Source: Lobosporangium transversale (Eukaryota). From it: DNA of 64,000 nucleotides. How positions within the stretch are numbered: position 1 is the stretch's first letter; the number at the start of each line of letters is the position of its first letter. Below are positions 25,651 through 38,116 of the stretch, piece after piece. The position numbers and the translations under genes were made by a program. The stretch covers positions 186,001 to 250,000 of the forward strand of contig NW_019029011.1 in the NCBI RefSeq assembly GCF_002105155.1. The letters are read 5' to 3'. The notes below the pieces were generated by a model. That model made no database searches. It was not told the DNA's origin and saw only the letters and a list, made by a program, of their open reading frames with translations.

Positions 25651-26362
25651 GATGCTTCAATGTTTGGATGCGTGATATATATATATATCTATTATAGATC
25701 AAATGATTGACAATAGTGCGTTAGTCTCAATAATCACGATAGCGAAGATGGCAAAGAAAGCAAAGATGGCAAAGATAACATTGATACCCAAGCAAGATAG
25801 ATTTTAATTATTTTGCTAAATTACGTTGTTGTGTATATGTGACCAATATAATGCCAAATGCTCTAGTGATTCAGGAATAGAATCTGTTTCAAGGCATGTA
25901 CAAGGAGGATATCTGCACGCGAACAATCAAGCCTTTCAATAATCTTCTCTTTCAAGATATATTTCCTTTAGAAATCAGTTGTAAAAAAAAAAGCGCGTAA
26001 ACGTTTTAAAAAATAAAAGGGAAATAGGTGAAGGCTCTGTTCTAATAAAATAAAGAAGGAAAGTATCGTAAAAAGCAAGGCGAAGGTAGAGGGAAGGTTG
26101 TTAATGTGGACAAGCGGAATGAGAACAATGGAAGAAAGAGAGAAATGTCTTAATAACTCCAGGGACACAAATTAAAAATTTTGTGGGCAAACCAATTCGA
26201 GAATTCATTTTTGTTGTCACATGATCAGTAGCCCTGTTCTTAAACTTCACCGAAAAATACTATTATCGTATGCACTACCATTTCAACCCACTTGTGAAAC
26301 TTCTTTCCGACATCATGCACATCGTTTCATAAACAAATCAATCCTCATTAATAACTCCCTTA

Positions 26363-26589
26363 ATGGCTCTCTTGGCTACTGTCACTGGATTCGCTACATT
26401 CGGCGTCGCCGCTCGTGCTTTCGCTTTAACTGTTCAACGCCGCCCCATCGTAAGCGGTAAGGAATTTTTTCTTGTCAACGTTGGATCAACACATCAACAC
26501 ATCCACACACACACACACACACACACAGACACACACACACATACACACACACACAACGCCAATAAGATATTTGTTTGCATTAGGTTGTT

Positions 26590-26621
<32 letters not shown>

Positions 26622-26916
26622 GATAACTAATGGCAACAGCAATATTCCACATCAGCTTTATATCAGCACACCAAATTGTGATGGCGTATGATAAACACCA
26701 TACAGGAGAATTAGCAGAAAGATTGATTGACTTGTATTTAACTAATAAATTTTGATACATTTAGGATTTGTTGGATATGGCATTTCAGCGACTGCCTTCG
26801 GAGGCCTTGGATATCTTGTTTACGGCATTGAGCAGAGACAGAATAAATTATTGAAGGAACGTAAGGAGGCATTGACGGCCAACCGTGAGAGAAGACTTGT
26901 TGCTCAAGATGCATGA
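26363..26916 (+). CDS. NADH:ubiquinone oxidoreductase accessory subunit, NDUFC2/B14.5b-like (fungal 14 kDa subunit), 2 exons
   Basis: Exons 26363-26456 and 26765-26916 give MALLATVTGFATFGVAARAFALTVQRRPIVSGFVGYGISATAFGGLGYLVYGIEQRQNKLLKERKEAL..., with two TM helices. Confidence 0.7.
26495..26556. repeat. (CA)n microsatellite in intron
   Basis: Imperfect CA run directly visible. Confidence 0.9.
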
Positions 26917-27320
26917 TAAGTCATATTCACTGAGATATCAACAGATATGAACAATTAAATGTTTCAAAGAGCAAGAATAAAAATAAAAATAAAATAGTAA
27001 AATAATGAGTTTGATCCTTTTGTTGTGTAATCAGTCTTCCTCCTCACCTATCAATTATTTCTTCCTCAACAGCATTATTCATTTCGCCAACAAAATACTC
27101 CGATATCATGGTTTCTTGCGAGATAAAATTTATTACTGCGCTTTCCTGTTAATTTGTTCTAAAACTATATCATGAGATAAAATAATGATAATAATGCGAA
27201 GAGAATCCTGGAACATGGGATGAGAGTAGGATCATTGTCGACGAAACTTTTCTCGTAGTTCTATAAATGACAAGTACTAATGAGTCAGTAATGCCTTTAT
27301 TACACAATCTTATCAAGATG

Positions 27321-28091
27321 CTATGTACTAATAGTGGATATTGGTCCTGATGACGCTGTAGCGGATGAAGCTATAGCCTCTTGTTGCTTGACTCGACTCA
27401 TAAATCCTGCAACACGAGACAAATCAAGACTGGCACCATCGCTTTCCACCGCCAATGTCAATGGAACTAACATGTCATCCACTTTATCCAACGGAATATT
27501 GCAGCAGATGGCGATAACCTTTTTACAAAGAAGCTCGTTTGCGGATGTCTTGCTTCTCGTTTCTGCTAATTCTTGAGAAAGCTCCTCGTCGTTCTTTTGA
27601 TACGCATAAACCCTCGACCGCAAATGAATTACGTCCTCTTCTGCCAACCTTTCCCGCTCTAAACCCGCTCTCAATTGCTCTTCAGGCCCTTGAATAGATG
27701 ATGGCCTTGGAGGCGATTTGGGTACTTGGACGTTGAACAATGCATCAATATCATCATTGGTTCGGAGCTTACTCATATAACCCTTCTGGCTTCGCGTCTT
27801 TTGCGATTCCTCCTCTAGAGACAGCTCCAAATTTTTAATCTTTTGGTGAGCCTCCTCCAACTGCTGAACTTGAGTGCGGCACTGGCTGATCGTCCTGCGG
27901 GTTTCAGTAAGATCACGGGTGGCCTTTCGAAGAAGGTTTTGTGTATCCTGTAGTTGGTTTTGTCTTGTCATGATTTCTTGAGAAAATTCCACATCCAATT
28001 CATCAACCATCTTTTGCACCACTATTTGTAGGAAGGATAATATTAGAATACATGAACTATGCCAATATACTTCTGAAATAAGCCTTAAAGG

Positions 28092-28127
<36 letters not shown>

Positions 28128-29767
28128 CCTGACATGATCTCCTTGCCACGCTTTCCAGCTTGATTTTCTTTGGATGGATCCACAGACACGATAGGAGTGT
28201 AAGTGCGAGGCATAAATGGTTGTTCTGAAGGCCCAGACTATATGTTATAAATATATGCATAAGTACGCAGAATACAGCATCTAAACCTTCTGCATTGAGC
28301 CATATAAATGAGAAGTGGAGACTTTCTGATACTTACAGGAATATCATCTATACCAAAATCCTCAGCTTTCAGACCGACCTTATTCTCAATCTCACGGTTG
28401 GCGCCAACATCAATTAAGAACTTAGCCAAATATCTATCTCCAACCCGGGCCGCAATTGTCAACGCTGTATCGCCATTCTTGTCCTGAATATCAATTAATG
28501 ATGAAAAATCGCCCCCATTGCGTGCAATCCACTCTAAAAGACACTCTATGTAATAGTGCGCAGCAGCACCTCGGCCTCGCATCCCCGCTGTAACAGCAAT
28601 ATGATGTAGAAGTGTTCGGTTCTTACGATCCACAATTGGAATGGCTTTATGGAGGATATTGAGCAAGCGAGGAAACGATTGCTTATCAAAGTTATTGGTG
28701 ACAAGGACTGCCCTCACTAATGCAGATTCTCCACTGTAGTTGACTCGACGAATGTCTGCGTTTTTTTGGACAAGCAACTCCAAGACTTGAATCCTTGCTA
28801 GCGCCGCCGCCCAATGTAGTGCGGTATGGCCCTGATCATCAATGATGAGATCGATATCGAGATCACTTGGAATGATAGGGTCGGTCAGCAACGGTGGAAT
28901 TTCCTGTGATTCATCATTCAAAAATATAGCCATCAATATAGACCGATATTTTTCAACACCTTCTAATGGTTCATCCATCATATGATCCATTCCATGGTCG
29001 GCTCGAATTGCGTTGCTGGATTCATAGTCGAATGTATTGCCTTCTATTGGAGGATCTTGATCATATAGTATGGGTGAACTAGCTCTTGTCCGTTTGCGAG
29101 GAGGCTGATCCATGTTCCATTGAGGGGAGGGTGGAATAGAGGGCGACGAAGCATTGAAGGACGGATGAAGAGGTGAAGGTGTCATTGAAGGTGCATTAAA
29201 CGTCTGTGACCCACTAGGTTTTGCAGATGTGCTCCGTGCCCTCTTGTACATGGGACTTTGCCGTGGAGATGCTGCCTCTTTTACTGCTTTGACATTTTCT
29301 TTTGCCTTTTGAGCCACCATTTCCTTGGTTGGCGTGACATTGTCCACTTCACCTTGATGAATATCATATTCAAATAATGCGCGTAAATATGGCTCAACAT
29401 TGTATTCTTTGGCCAAATCTACTCCTCGCTGGAATGGCACCCTAGAAGAATTAAATAATAATCAAGAATAACAATTCAAACAATATCAGCATAATACAGT
29501 GGTTAACAACAGAGTATGATTTTCGTTTTGAACATACCATGTCCCTTGGTATTTGCCATAACCTCCTTGGACCTTCTCATGTTCACCTGTGAGTACATCG
29601 CGCTCTAGAATCTTTGTACGCTTGCCCTTTTCGATGCCAGCAACCTTAAGAATCTGAGTTGCATTCAAATGAGAGTCCTCCTTTCGACGCATGACCGCAA
29701 TGCCTCGACACATCAACTCATATACTGGTACACCCGAGTACACAGCCGTGTATATACTGCCTGACAT
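27321..29767 (-). CDS. MBP1: MBF/SBF G1/S transcription factor (Mbp1/Swi4/Res-type APSES + ankyrin repeats)
   Basis: [18 protein letters not shown]...[10 protein letters not shown]...[15 protein letters not shown]; ankyrins [13 protein letters not shown] and [14 protein letters not shown]-terminal coiled coil. The exact paralogue identity is uncertain. Confidence 0.88.
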
Positions 29768-29895
29768 ATTTCTTTTCGTGATTCCTGCAACTGTACGTAG
29801 TATGTATTTTTATCTTCTTTTTTCTATTTTTTATATCAAGAGTGATGAGAGTGTAAGGATAAAGTTGAATGGACGCAAATTAAGGGTCATTAATC

Positions 29896-29913
29896 ACGCG
29901 CCTTAACGCGAAA
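29896..29913. promoter_or_regulatory. Two MCB/SCB-like ACGCG cores upstream of the MBP1-type gene
   Basis: cACGCGccttaACGCGAAA: cores 10 bp apart, about 130 bp upstream of the ATG at 29767. Confidence 0.55.
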
Positions 29914-29989
29914 GATTCAGCATTTGTCTTTTCTTCTGTTGTGAAGAAGCGAAACATCATTAGTATTTTATTTAATAATAGCCTACTGA

Positions 29990-32900
29990 TCATGAAGCAC
30001 CTAAGGATAACTGCAAAATGTCGATGCCTTTTAGCATTGCAACCCATTCCAACACCTTTTTCTCGACCTCTAGTTGGCCCTCGATGTCCTCCTCTGCTAC
30101 AACAAGCACCGTAGGCATAACTGGTGCGCCAGGAATCACTAGCGGCGCATGCTGAAGTTCCAAAGCCGTTTGGAATGATCGTCTGCATTTGGTCCTAGAG
30201 GATGAGGGTAAGGGCGAGGATGATCTTACGATCGAAGATGACGAATGATACTCCTCGATCTGTTCCTGCACTTGTTGCAGTGCCATTAGAAGGCCTGCCT
30301 CACTCAGTTGTAACGCCTTAAGCAGAGCGCGAATACTGGGTGTGGCCTTAATACCGAGGGATGTTAGGCAATTGTCGACAAAATACGTGAGATCAATCTC
30401 CAATTGCTTGGCTCCAGAATCTGACAATCGCGAAAGATAATGATCCTTGAAAACGAGATTCGTTGACTGACCAGCAGATGAAGAAGCCAATGCAGGCGAT
30501 GATACACCTGCAAAGCGGTTGTGTTGAGTAATTGTTGGAATAATTGCTGCTGGAAATGATATCTGCTTCTGATTAGGATTATAAAGACGTTCAATTAACG
30601 TGTGCATCGCTGCCCGAGAGAGCGATGTAATCCATCGAAGCATTACAGTCAGATCATCTTCTTCAGTCATCTCATGCTCTCTATAGTCTTGGTATTCCTC
30701 CTTGATAGCAATATCGCTTTTGCCAACACTAAGGTCCTCTCCATTCACTTTGTCTACCACTACACCATCTTCATCTCCGTCAATGATGGCACTGGATGGC
30801 TGTTCTGTAGAATCCTGACGGTGAGTGGAATCGAGTGGCCTATCAGCATATGGTAATAAGTGAATACCAAACCGAAGTCCAAGATCACCTTTGTACATGT
30901 CAAAAGTTAGTGGCAAGCCCGAAAGCTGGCGGAGTAGCTCCTCCATATAATCACTGGGACTTGACCTAAATTTGATCACATCCGTGCGCGTACCGCCCAA
31001 AGTACTCTGATGAATTCGTCTTGTGCTCCTTAGATCGCCCTGTCCCTGCTGATCAATGCCTTCTGTCCAGCATGAAAGCAGCGCTATATCAGACAGGGGA
31101 CGTACTAATGGGATATATATGGAGTCGAAAATAAAGCGCTGGCATAACCTCGCTAAATGGGCTGCATACTGGTGGCTTTGAAGGTATAGGTGGTTGGGCT
31201 TGGGCTCCAGTCCCAAATCAGTCTCTGCAGAAAGACGGTCCACTCCATCACTAGCGAGCCCTCCAGTTACGGCTTGATCCTCCTTCAAGTCTGATTTCTT
31301 GACAATCTCTAAGATCTCTTGTAAGCGGAAGCTGTTAAGGTTGGATTGCTGGAGCAGCGCGATCGAGGCGTTAGGAGGCTGAATCGCCAGCCTAGCTCCC
31401 GAACCGGATGATCCGTGATCAAACATGGATGATGTTGTAGATGAAAGGTGGTGAGACCCTTGTTGATCACTGTCTAGACTTGCCCTATCGACCTTTATCA
31501 AATCCTCTACGCCAAGCAGCGCTTTCTTTGTCTTGATATCAAGATATTCGAGCTTGAGGCAGAGTTGACGGCAGAGGACCATCAACCGGAGCCCCATTTG
31601 GAATGAGCGCTGGTTCTGCTCACTGACATCTTCATCCCATCCTTCTGAATCTTCACCCTCATCTTCCTCGTCATCTAAAGCTTCATATTTGAGACCTGCA
31701 TTAGGATTTCTGCTACGGTCGTCGTACTTCGATTGACTGCTAAGAGTCTCGTCCACTTGTAGACCTGCTTTCTGTCGGCAATTCAGCAAAATCTCTGTAT
31801 AGCGATCTATTATTTCCTTGAAAAAATTATTGATCCCATCCAATAATCCTGGAGCTCCGAATCCATGTGTCAAACGTATACAACGCCCAATAGCTCCTTC
31901 TGCTAGACCGAACGCAATGTTGTTGGCGTTGGCCATAATCTTTACAAGATTGGAGCTGATCTTAGAAAGCTCCTGATACCGCACTGAATTATCCGAATGG
32001 GGCGCCATTGAGGGCATAGACTTGATGAGCAAGGACTGTAAATGAATGCCTTCCAGCTTTCCATAATCACGTTGATAGGGCATAAATGGTTCATACAGAA
32101 TAAATGCCCATTCATTGGGGTCGTGGATAGATCTAATCTCATGTGATTCAGGTCCAATTGATGATCGTATGGAATGTGTCCCCATACCATCTTTTGTATC
32201 AGCGCCTTGTACAAGAGTACCTGCTCTTGGTCGGCTACCAACATGCTCACGTTGGTTTCCAACTAACGGCTGTGAGACAATCCGCTCCAGCATTGCTCCA
32301 AATGATTCTGTGGCTGAGAAGGCCGAGATCCAAACTGGTAAACTTCCCTCGTCTCCAAGAGATTTGCCAACATGCTGTAAAACTATCTGCATGTTGGGAT
32401 CAATATGGGTGAAAATATCCTGGACAAGACTGTGGATCGTCGCAGCTGGATCCGAGAAAATTGTACTGATCCATGCAAATTCATCACGCAACATGCTAGA
32501 TGCATCTTTATAAAATGCATGCAATACTGAAAGAAAATCCTTTGAGTTTACAGCTGCATTATTGGGCGTCAATGATACAGTACTACTACTAGTTTTATGC
32601 GAGCTTATGTTGATCGCTTCGACCAAGGCTTCCCATTGCTGTAGTAAAGGAGCGCGCCGTTGAGAGTTGTAATACTCTTGAAACTTTCCCTGGCGACTGA
32701 TAAGCCCAAATGCAGTGATGAGGCTTTGACATAATGCAGTATCCTTTTGTTCGAGTGCTTCCTTGACTTTGCCCATTAACTGCCGCTCTAGTTGGTCCTT
32801 AAGTGCCAATAGGAGTGCCATACGATCGCCCTCGACAATAGTATTTTTGTAAACCACAAGTGAGCGTTCTGCCTCTGATAAGCGCATAGCAGCACGCATA

Positions 32901-33842
32901 AAATCGCCTTTAGTCAAGATTTCATTCGCTTCAGCTTCGAGGTTTCTCCAGTTCTCAGCCTCTCTTAGTGAAGCGTGTGTGGCCTCCATACGAGTTTTGA
33001 CCAAATCCAGGTACTTGAGCCGATCCAAGGACTGAGCCGTTTCAGATGAATCGACCAAGTTGATATCGCTTCTGACGAGCTGAATCCCTTCCTGCAATGT
33101 TTTTGTCTCTTGTCGTAATTGGTCGAGTTCATGGATGAGACGCGGAAGGGTCTTAACCATCTCTTGTGTTGTGACAGAAAGAGCAGTAGAAGTCTGATTA
33201 GCGAGAAGGTGGAGTTTTGTAAGGTAATTCGTGGCATGCTGAGTCAAGAATGCGTTATGGCTTTTGAATGCCGCTGTATTGGCCTTTTGCTGCTGTTGGC
33301 TCTCAGATGTCGAAAGAATAGTAGTGGATACGGAAGGAGATTGCAATAACGCGTCTTGATCAGCTTGGTTTTGGCCATCATCTAGTAAAGCAGACCAATC
33401 AACCCATACCATCCAATAATTATATATTTGCAGTATATTTATTGGGTGAATGATTCAATGTACAAAGAGACTCAAGGGCTCGAGTTGTCCTCTCCGGCTT
33501 ACCAAGTACAGGGTCGAGTGCTGGGGTTTGCAAGAGGTCTAAGGATGCATCTAGCGAGACATCTGAATCATTTAGCGTATTTAACGAGACCGATGGTTTT
33601 ATTGCACCACTTGCGTTTGCATTAGTGCTCGTTTGTGGCAACGATGAAGCGTGTGCTGAAATACTATTGACAGTTGTTGCAGTTGAAGAAGGTCTAGATA
33701 AGGTCACGTCAAGGACAGAATTAATCCATGTCTTGACATCAAAGTCAGGCGCAATGAATACTGGATCGATGGTTAGTCCCTGTCCCTGCGAGGGAGTGCT
33801 CGACAGCTGGCTGGGGGCTATCGGCCGTGCTGGAGGGGGCAT
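29990..33842 (-). CDS. COG7: Conserved oligomeric Golgi complex subunit 7, 2 exons
   Basis: FIAPDFDVKTWINSVL, YLTKLHL...KTLPRL, LDLVKTRME...LREAENW, CIRLTHGF, GAKQLEIDLTYF; intron ~33382-33501. Confidence 0.85.
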
Positions 33843-34031
33843 CTAGGTTGCAGTACAAGTGAGGAAGAAGAAGGATGGTGATGAGAAAAAGAAACACATT
33901 TTTCCATCATCCATCCATTAACCTTCCCATGAGGTTGGGCAACATGAAAAAGCCACAATCGTGCCTGGAAAAAAGTGCCTGTTGCCTCAAGCTGATCTTA
34001 TTCATGTCTTCCATTCTCGCTCTTGCTGGTC

Positions 34032-35084
34032 ATGCTATCATCAGTCGTCCTTGCTGCCACTGTAACCGCCACTGTCGCATTGCCTGTGCTTGTTAGCTCA
34101 ATTATTCGTCGTCGCAGGATTATAGAGAGAATTTCTCTCATTCCGCATGACAAAGAACGCGTTGTGATCATCGGGGCAAGCTCAGGGATTGGATTAGAGT
34201 TAGCGAGGATCTATGCACATCGTCATGCACATCTCGTTATCGTTGCTCGTAGAGAGGAGCTTCTAGAACAGTTGGTGCAAGAATTAGGTACCATTGCAGG
34301 ATCAATACACGCTGTACAAGGGGATATCACTGCACCTGAGGATGTCCGTAGAATTACGATTGAGTCTTTAGGCGCGTTGCGTGGGGGCATAGATACATTA
34401 ATTATTTGTGCAGGAGTAATCTCAGTGCTGCCTTTCGAGGAGCTGGCGGGAATCAACTGTACAACTGCAAACAGAACCTTGAGCTCTGACAATGCCGAAT
34501 ACACACATCTGATACCCGCCAACCCTCAAGCGGCGTTGGAAGCATCTATTAAGATTATGAATGTCAACTATCATGCACCTCTCAATCTGACTAGCCACTT
34601 TCTCCCTGCATTAATACAAACCAGTTCTGCCGGGAATATTATTGTGGTTTCATCCATGGCTGGCAAGATTGGAGCACCCACACGCTCCATCTACTGCGCC
34701 AGCAAGCATGCAGCGCAGGGATTTTTTGACGCATTGGGAATGGAAGTTGAACGAACAGGGGTACATGTTGGAATCGTGTCTCCGGGCACTGTAGATACTG
34801 ATCTCCGTCAATCTGCTGTAGATTTGCCTAAATCAGAGGCATATGACTTGTCATCATCTTCATCAGCTCAAGCCAATACTTCCAGATCTGAGCTCAAGAG
34901 GATTGCAGGCACGAAAAAGGGTGCGATGACAGCGCATGCGTGTGCAGAGGGGATTGTTCGTGCATCGGATTATCGACAGCATGATGCAGTTATGCCATGG
35001 TTCTACCAAATGAGCCTAATACTCAATCTAATCAGCCCTCCGTTAGTTCGATGGCTGGCCAAGAAGAAGTATGGTTATCTGTAA
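34032..35084 (+). CDS. Short-chain dehydrogenase/reductase (DHRS7B-like) with N-terminal membrane anchor
   Basis: IIGASSGIG Rossmann motif, catalytic SS...YCASK, SPGTVDT. Confidence 0.9.
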   Translation: MLSSVVLAATVTATVALPVLVSSIIRRRRIIERISLIPHDKERVVIIGASSGIGLELARIYAHRHAHLVIVARREELLEQLVQELGTIAGSIHAVQGDITAPEDVRRITIESLGALRGGIDTLIICAGVISVLPFEELAGINCTTANRTLSSDNAEYTHLIPANPQAALEASIKIMNVNYHAPLNLTSHFLPALIQTSSAGNIIVVSSMAGKIGAPTRSIYCASKHAAQGFFDALGMEVERTGVHVGIVSPGTVDTDLRQSAVDLPKSEAYDLSSSSSAQANTSRSELKRIAGTKKGAMTAHACAEGIVRASDYRQHDAVMPWFYQMSLILNLISPPLVRWLAKKKYGYL

Positions 35085-35279
35085 AATAGTGTCATGCTTT
35101 CATTAAAATAAACCGTTCAACATTATGGAGAAGAATCAATGTCATACTTACGACATGTGTGCAGTACGATCTTGACCCAAAGCAAAGAGAGTCGGCTAGT
35201 TTGTTCAGGTGCTTGAACATCCCTTGCTGTCATTATATGGATTACGTTCCTCAGATCTGCCAGCGAGTCTTGCATATCC

Positions 35280-37808
35280 TTCAATATACACTCTCTTTTT
35301 TGCCTGCTGTACTGTTGCATGCTATACAGCACAACCCCTCCCACAGGGCCATAATTTCCTCTTCAAACGCTCGGGCGGTGGCCTCTTCTCGCTCTCTCTT
35401 CTTTTCTTCCCTCTCTTTAGCTCTCATCCCATTCAGTTGGTGCGGTAAAGCTGGCGAAATAATACTCACAAGAGAGGGTCATACGCCGAACTTTACGTGC
35501 TTGTGCTGTTTAATACGCAAAGGGGTAGTACCATATTGAGCATCGAAGTCGTCGTAGACCCTTGTCGCCAAATACATGTGCTTGCAAGGGGTCTTTTGTC
35601 GGATATAGTCAGGGTATGAATATGACTGAAGATCCCTCTCTACGTCGCACTCTACTCCGGATTCTGTAAACGACTTTATCACGAACCGTAAGAAATGAAA
35701 GAACGATTAGAACCCATCCATATACAATCAAACTTGTGAAATTGTCGATCATCGACAGATACCTCTCTCGCGACCAACTTCTCAAATATTATAACCCTTA
35801 CGTCCGCGAAACTCACTGACATCGCCGCTCGACAGCCTTTCTTAGTTGTACTGTGAGTGCGTTACAGAATGTATTCCATACTCAACCTTGAATTACCATC
35901 CCGACCAATGACCCATTGCAATATGTAGATTAAGAAAGTCATTCGTAAACCGCGCTTCCTTAGCGCATGTGCCTTTAAAACTTTGAACCAAGAGTCCATA
36001 AGGTTGTTTGTCTACATGCTGGTAGACCTATTAAATGAATTAGAATGACGGATATTGCGTTTCATTGTGTCAGTCGTTTAATACCGTTTACCGCTCTTTT
36101 AGCTACCTCTTTCACATAAAGCACTCATCTTGATCTCCCCCCTTTCGCGATCTAGTTCCCTTCCATATATAGGGAAGACTTCGGTCCTGAGATCATTAGA
36201 GTTATAGAACTGGTTTTTGATCCTATTCTACACACCATCTGCTCTTTTGTCAGACCCTGCAATACGCATCTCTTTAAGCAAAGCCTTGAACTACTCTCAG
36301 TTTCGCTCCTAAGAGATATAGAGACGCGTTAAAACATTGTTGCCAAGGTATCTTGATACAATATCAACATGATATATCTTATCCTGAATTTATTCCTGAA
36401 TGCCATCACTCTGTGTCATGGACTGATCCATGAACTTTGATATCTTGGGGTCGCACTCGGTTCTGAACCACGAGAACCATCCCTCTAATGTAGTGGTATC
36501 TTCACACCGCTGCTAAACCATGCCTAAACTTACAATGACTAGCTGTAGAGGATATAGGCAACTGGCATGACATTTCGAAATTCGACTCTTCACAAAGTAG
36601 GTAGACTGAAGGGTCACTATTCTTTTTCCTCCTGCCTTTTTCATTCCGCAAGGGCCTAGCGACCCTCCATGTTGGAGTCCATGCAGGCTATCAAACTGCT
36701 ATCCTCCATAACTTGTTGAAGATTACAATGAGGACAATAAATAAAGTAAACACCAGGAGGATTATACAGTGAATCTGAGCGATTCTTACCTTCAAATGAA
36801 AGTTTGTCCATCAAGCAATCAGCTAGCTTTGCGGGTGGTTGACACCAATGTCATTAGCAAACTATCCTTTGCCTCTATTTGCTTGAATCCCCTTCATCCA
36901 TTCGTCTACACTAGTGACAACATTGTCGCCTCCAGTGAGCTCCTACATTTGTTTGCGATAGACGTCTCTACGTACATCATTGTAAGTAATAAGTAGGCTT
37001 GGAAGAATACTTTCTTCCCTTCTTCAAGTTTTAAATCATGGAATGTTAACCTTGACCTATGTAAGCGCAACAACATCCAATACATATTAGTACGATCATT
37101 ACCGACTGTAGATTTTCTTTGATTTACATTTTCCCTTATATATTTCCAGTCATAGCCGCTGGAGACAATTGACCTCATCCAGTTGCACCCGTCAGGGCCT
37201 ATGGAAGAGCGGCTCTGGACTTGTTAAAGCTTCATGGTTGTAGTGTTTTTAATATTCCGTCGTAGCCCAATCTCCTTCAAGGGGTTTTTGGATTCTGATA
37301 TATACCGGGTATTTGTTACCAGTTGAATTCCAGTGAATGACCAGCTTTTTTCTCGAACTTGGGCGCAGAAGTACTTGGTTGACCAATCGAATTACTTGGG
37401 CAGCCGCAGCCAGGATAAACCTTGTTGTGAGTAGAAAGCCTTTTATCCAGATTCTCTTAGTGGCCAAGAAAGAATCCAAAATCCTTGTTCGACCACTCTG
37501 ATTCTTAATCCACAATCCTTTCTTGGCTCCAAAATGCTCGGAACGCATTGAATGAGGAAAACGTAGTAAAAGGATCGGATACCTCTTGGTTAAAATAGGG
37601 ATTCACTGATTCATGTGTATTAAAATTTGGAGAATATGGCAAGATACACATTCCACAATGCGCACAAATCACGAAGCTGATATCGACCAATAAAATCAAC
37701 CCTATACTCCTTTATGCAAACGTCCAACAAACATGGATCCCATACATCCCATCTTTTGAATAAATAGTTCTCTGTGGGCTTACATCTTATTCTTACTGCT
37801 TCATCCAT
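35280..37808 (-). mobile_element. Decayed Mutator/MULE transposase pseudogene
   Basis: Minus-strand fragments in the expected order: N-terminal finger-like YPVYIRIQK...HYNH (~37300), IACMDS (~36680, first DDE Asp), KFMD (~36430), TNNLMDSWFKVLK (~35990, E-motif region), SWIM-like YPDY...PCKHMY (~35580). Many stops and frameshifts. Confidence 0.75.
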
Positions 37809-38116
37809 CTTATTGTCTGATAGAAACTTTCAATCGTCAAGGGATACATGTTGAACACTCGTGAGCAGAGCAGAAGAGAAAGAGGGATAAGCAACGATCT
37901 ACTGGCATATTTTGCGGCCTCTAGCGTACCACTGGCACCATTGATCCGATCGGTTCACATCAGTGGGAAAAAAAAGAACGTGAAAACCGCTACGTATAGG
38001 GCTCTTATTTCTTTTTTCTGTTTAACCCTACGCCAATTTCTTTTATTCACTTTTCCTTCCCTTAATAGTCCCATTGATATTTCACATTACATCCTTACCC
38101 ATACTACCTTTTAGTA

